NCBI GenBank assembly: GCA_965240325.2
Contig: OZ251252.1
Location: 434,001-498,000 of the forward strand
Source: Rebecca billardiae RCC1528
Taxonomy: Eukaryota; Protista; Haptophyta
Length of the DNA: 64,000 bases
Direction: 5' to 3'
In this document: piece by piece, positions 63,216-64,000 of the stretch
Layout of the letters: each line of letters starts with the position of its first letter
How positions within the stretch are numbered: the stretch's first letter is position 1
Notes under the pieces: model-generated
Seen by the model: only the letters and a program-made list of their open reading frames with translations
Database searches by the model: none
What the model was told of the DNA's origin: nothing
Translations under genes and position numbers: made by a program

Positions 63216-64000
63216 TCGCGATTTCCACCGCCGCAAGCGTGAGGATGCAGCTGCTCAGGCGCGCACGGCTCGCCCGACCCGACCAGTGCACCGACGGCAC
63301 CTCGAGGCGCACGCGCTCGCCTGTGTGCCACATCACGCCGGCGCCGAACCACGGGCACAGCCGAGTGTCCAATGGCTGCCGCCACAGCGTCAGGCGTCAG
63401 CAGTCGGCACCCCGCGCCCGCGGCGTTGGACGTGACCCGCGGGCGTGCAGACCATCAGACATCATCAGTCCATCACGGATCGCCACGCGCCGCGGCCGAG
63501 CCTCCCGTGCCGCCGCCCGTGCGCGACTCTGCGAGCCGACAGGCCGAGCCGCTCGGCGTGCGCGCGCGTTCCGCTCTGCTCATATGAAATCTGCATCGAC
63601 GACATCTGCGAGGGGAGAGGCCGCCCGGTATTGTCAATGACGAGCCACAACCCACGCCTCATCAGAAAAATCCGCGCCGCAGAGGCGACGACAATTGTTT
63701 ACGACGCGCGCGCGACGACGACGTACGTGATGTATCGTAGTCGTCGTTATTTTTATTATTTGATTTTTCATCGCGCGCATCACCGCGCGCGCGTGTACTG
63801 TATTTTAGCATCAGTCGCGCATATCTTTTCACGCCGCGATGGCGGCGGCAACCACCGTCGTCGTCGACGACGACCTCTGTCCATCAATGTTGGAAGAGAG
63901 CCGGACGCCAGCTGCTGATGATGGCGCATGCGCGCACGGTGACTTTGTCGGGCCCGTGACCGCTGTCCACTTTGTCGGCGCCGATGGGCTGCTCGCAGGC

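Noticed and set aside
1-64000. tRNA, rRNA or other structured RNA genes; intact transposase, reverse transcriptase or viral core genes
   Set aside because: None recognised by eye; a tRNAscan/Infernal and HMM scan would be needed to exclude them.

Overview
Very GC-rich eukaryotic nuclear DNA with short GT-AG introns. The GC level, intron style and gene content suggest a flagellated alga, probably a haptophyte (inference). Conserved genes: a partial SAS-6 (missed by the ORF track), an ABM-family protein, kinesin-12/KIF15, EF-2, outer dynein arm docking complex ODA-DC2/CCDC114, dolichyl-diphosphatase, a DnaJ protein and a PSTAIRE CDK. Many of these sit in tight head-to-head pairs. Accessory content: (i) an intronless gene fusing an intact H-NOX heme/NO-sensor domain to a TIR/HET-like domain that keeps its catalytic-type Glu, the best candidate for an undescribed system; (ii) six sulfotransferase-domain genes, including four copies of a GT-A glycosyltransferase-sulfotransferase fusion (three in a ~4.19-kb tandem array, one inverted and mosaic); (iii) two tandem paralogues of a putative Ig-fold (CBP60/CudA-like) transcription factor; (iv) several inverted-repeat elements: a 508-bp TA-flanked MITE, a 2.7-kb element with 69-bp perfect inverted repeats, a 2.1-kb foldback next to the array, and weaker candidates. 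There is one 200-N gap. All family assignments come from motifs recognised by eye; no database search was run.
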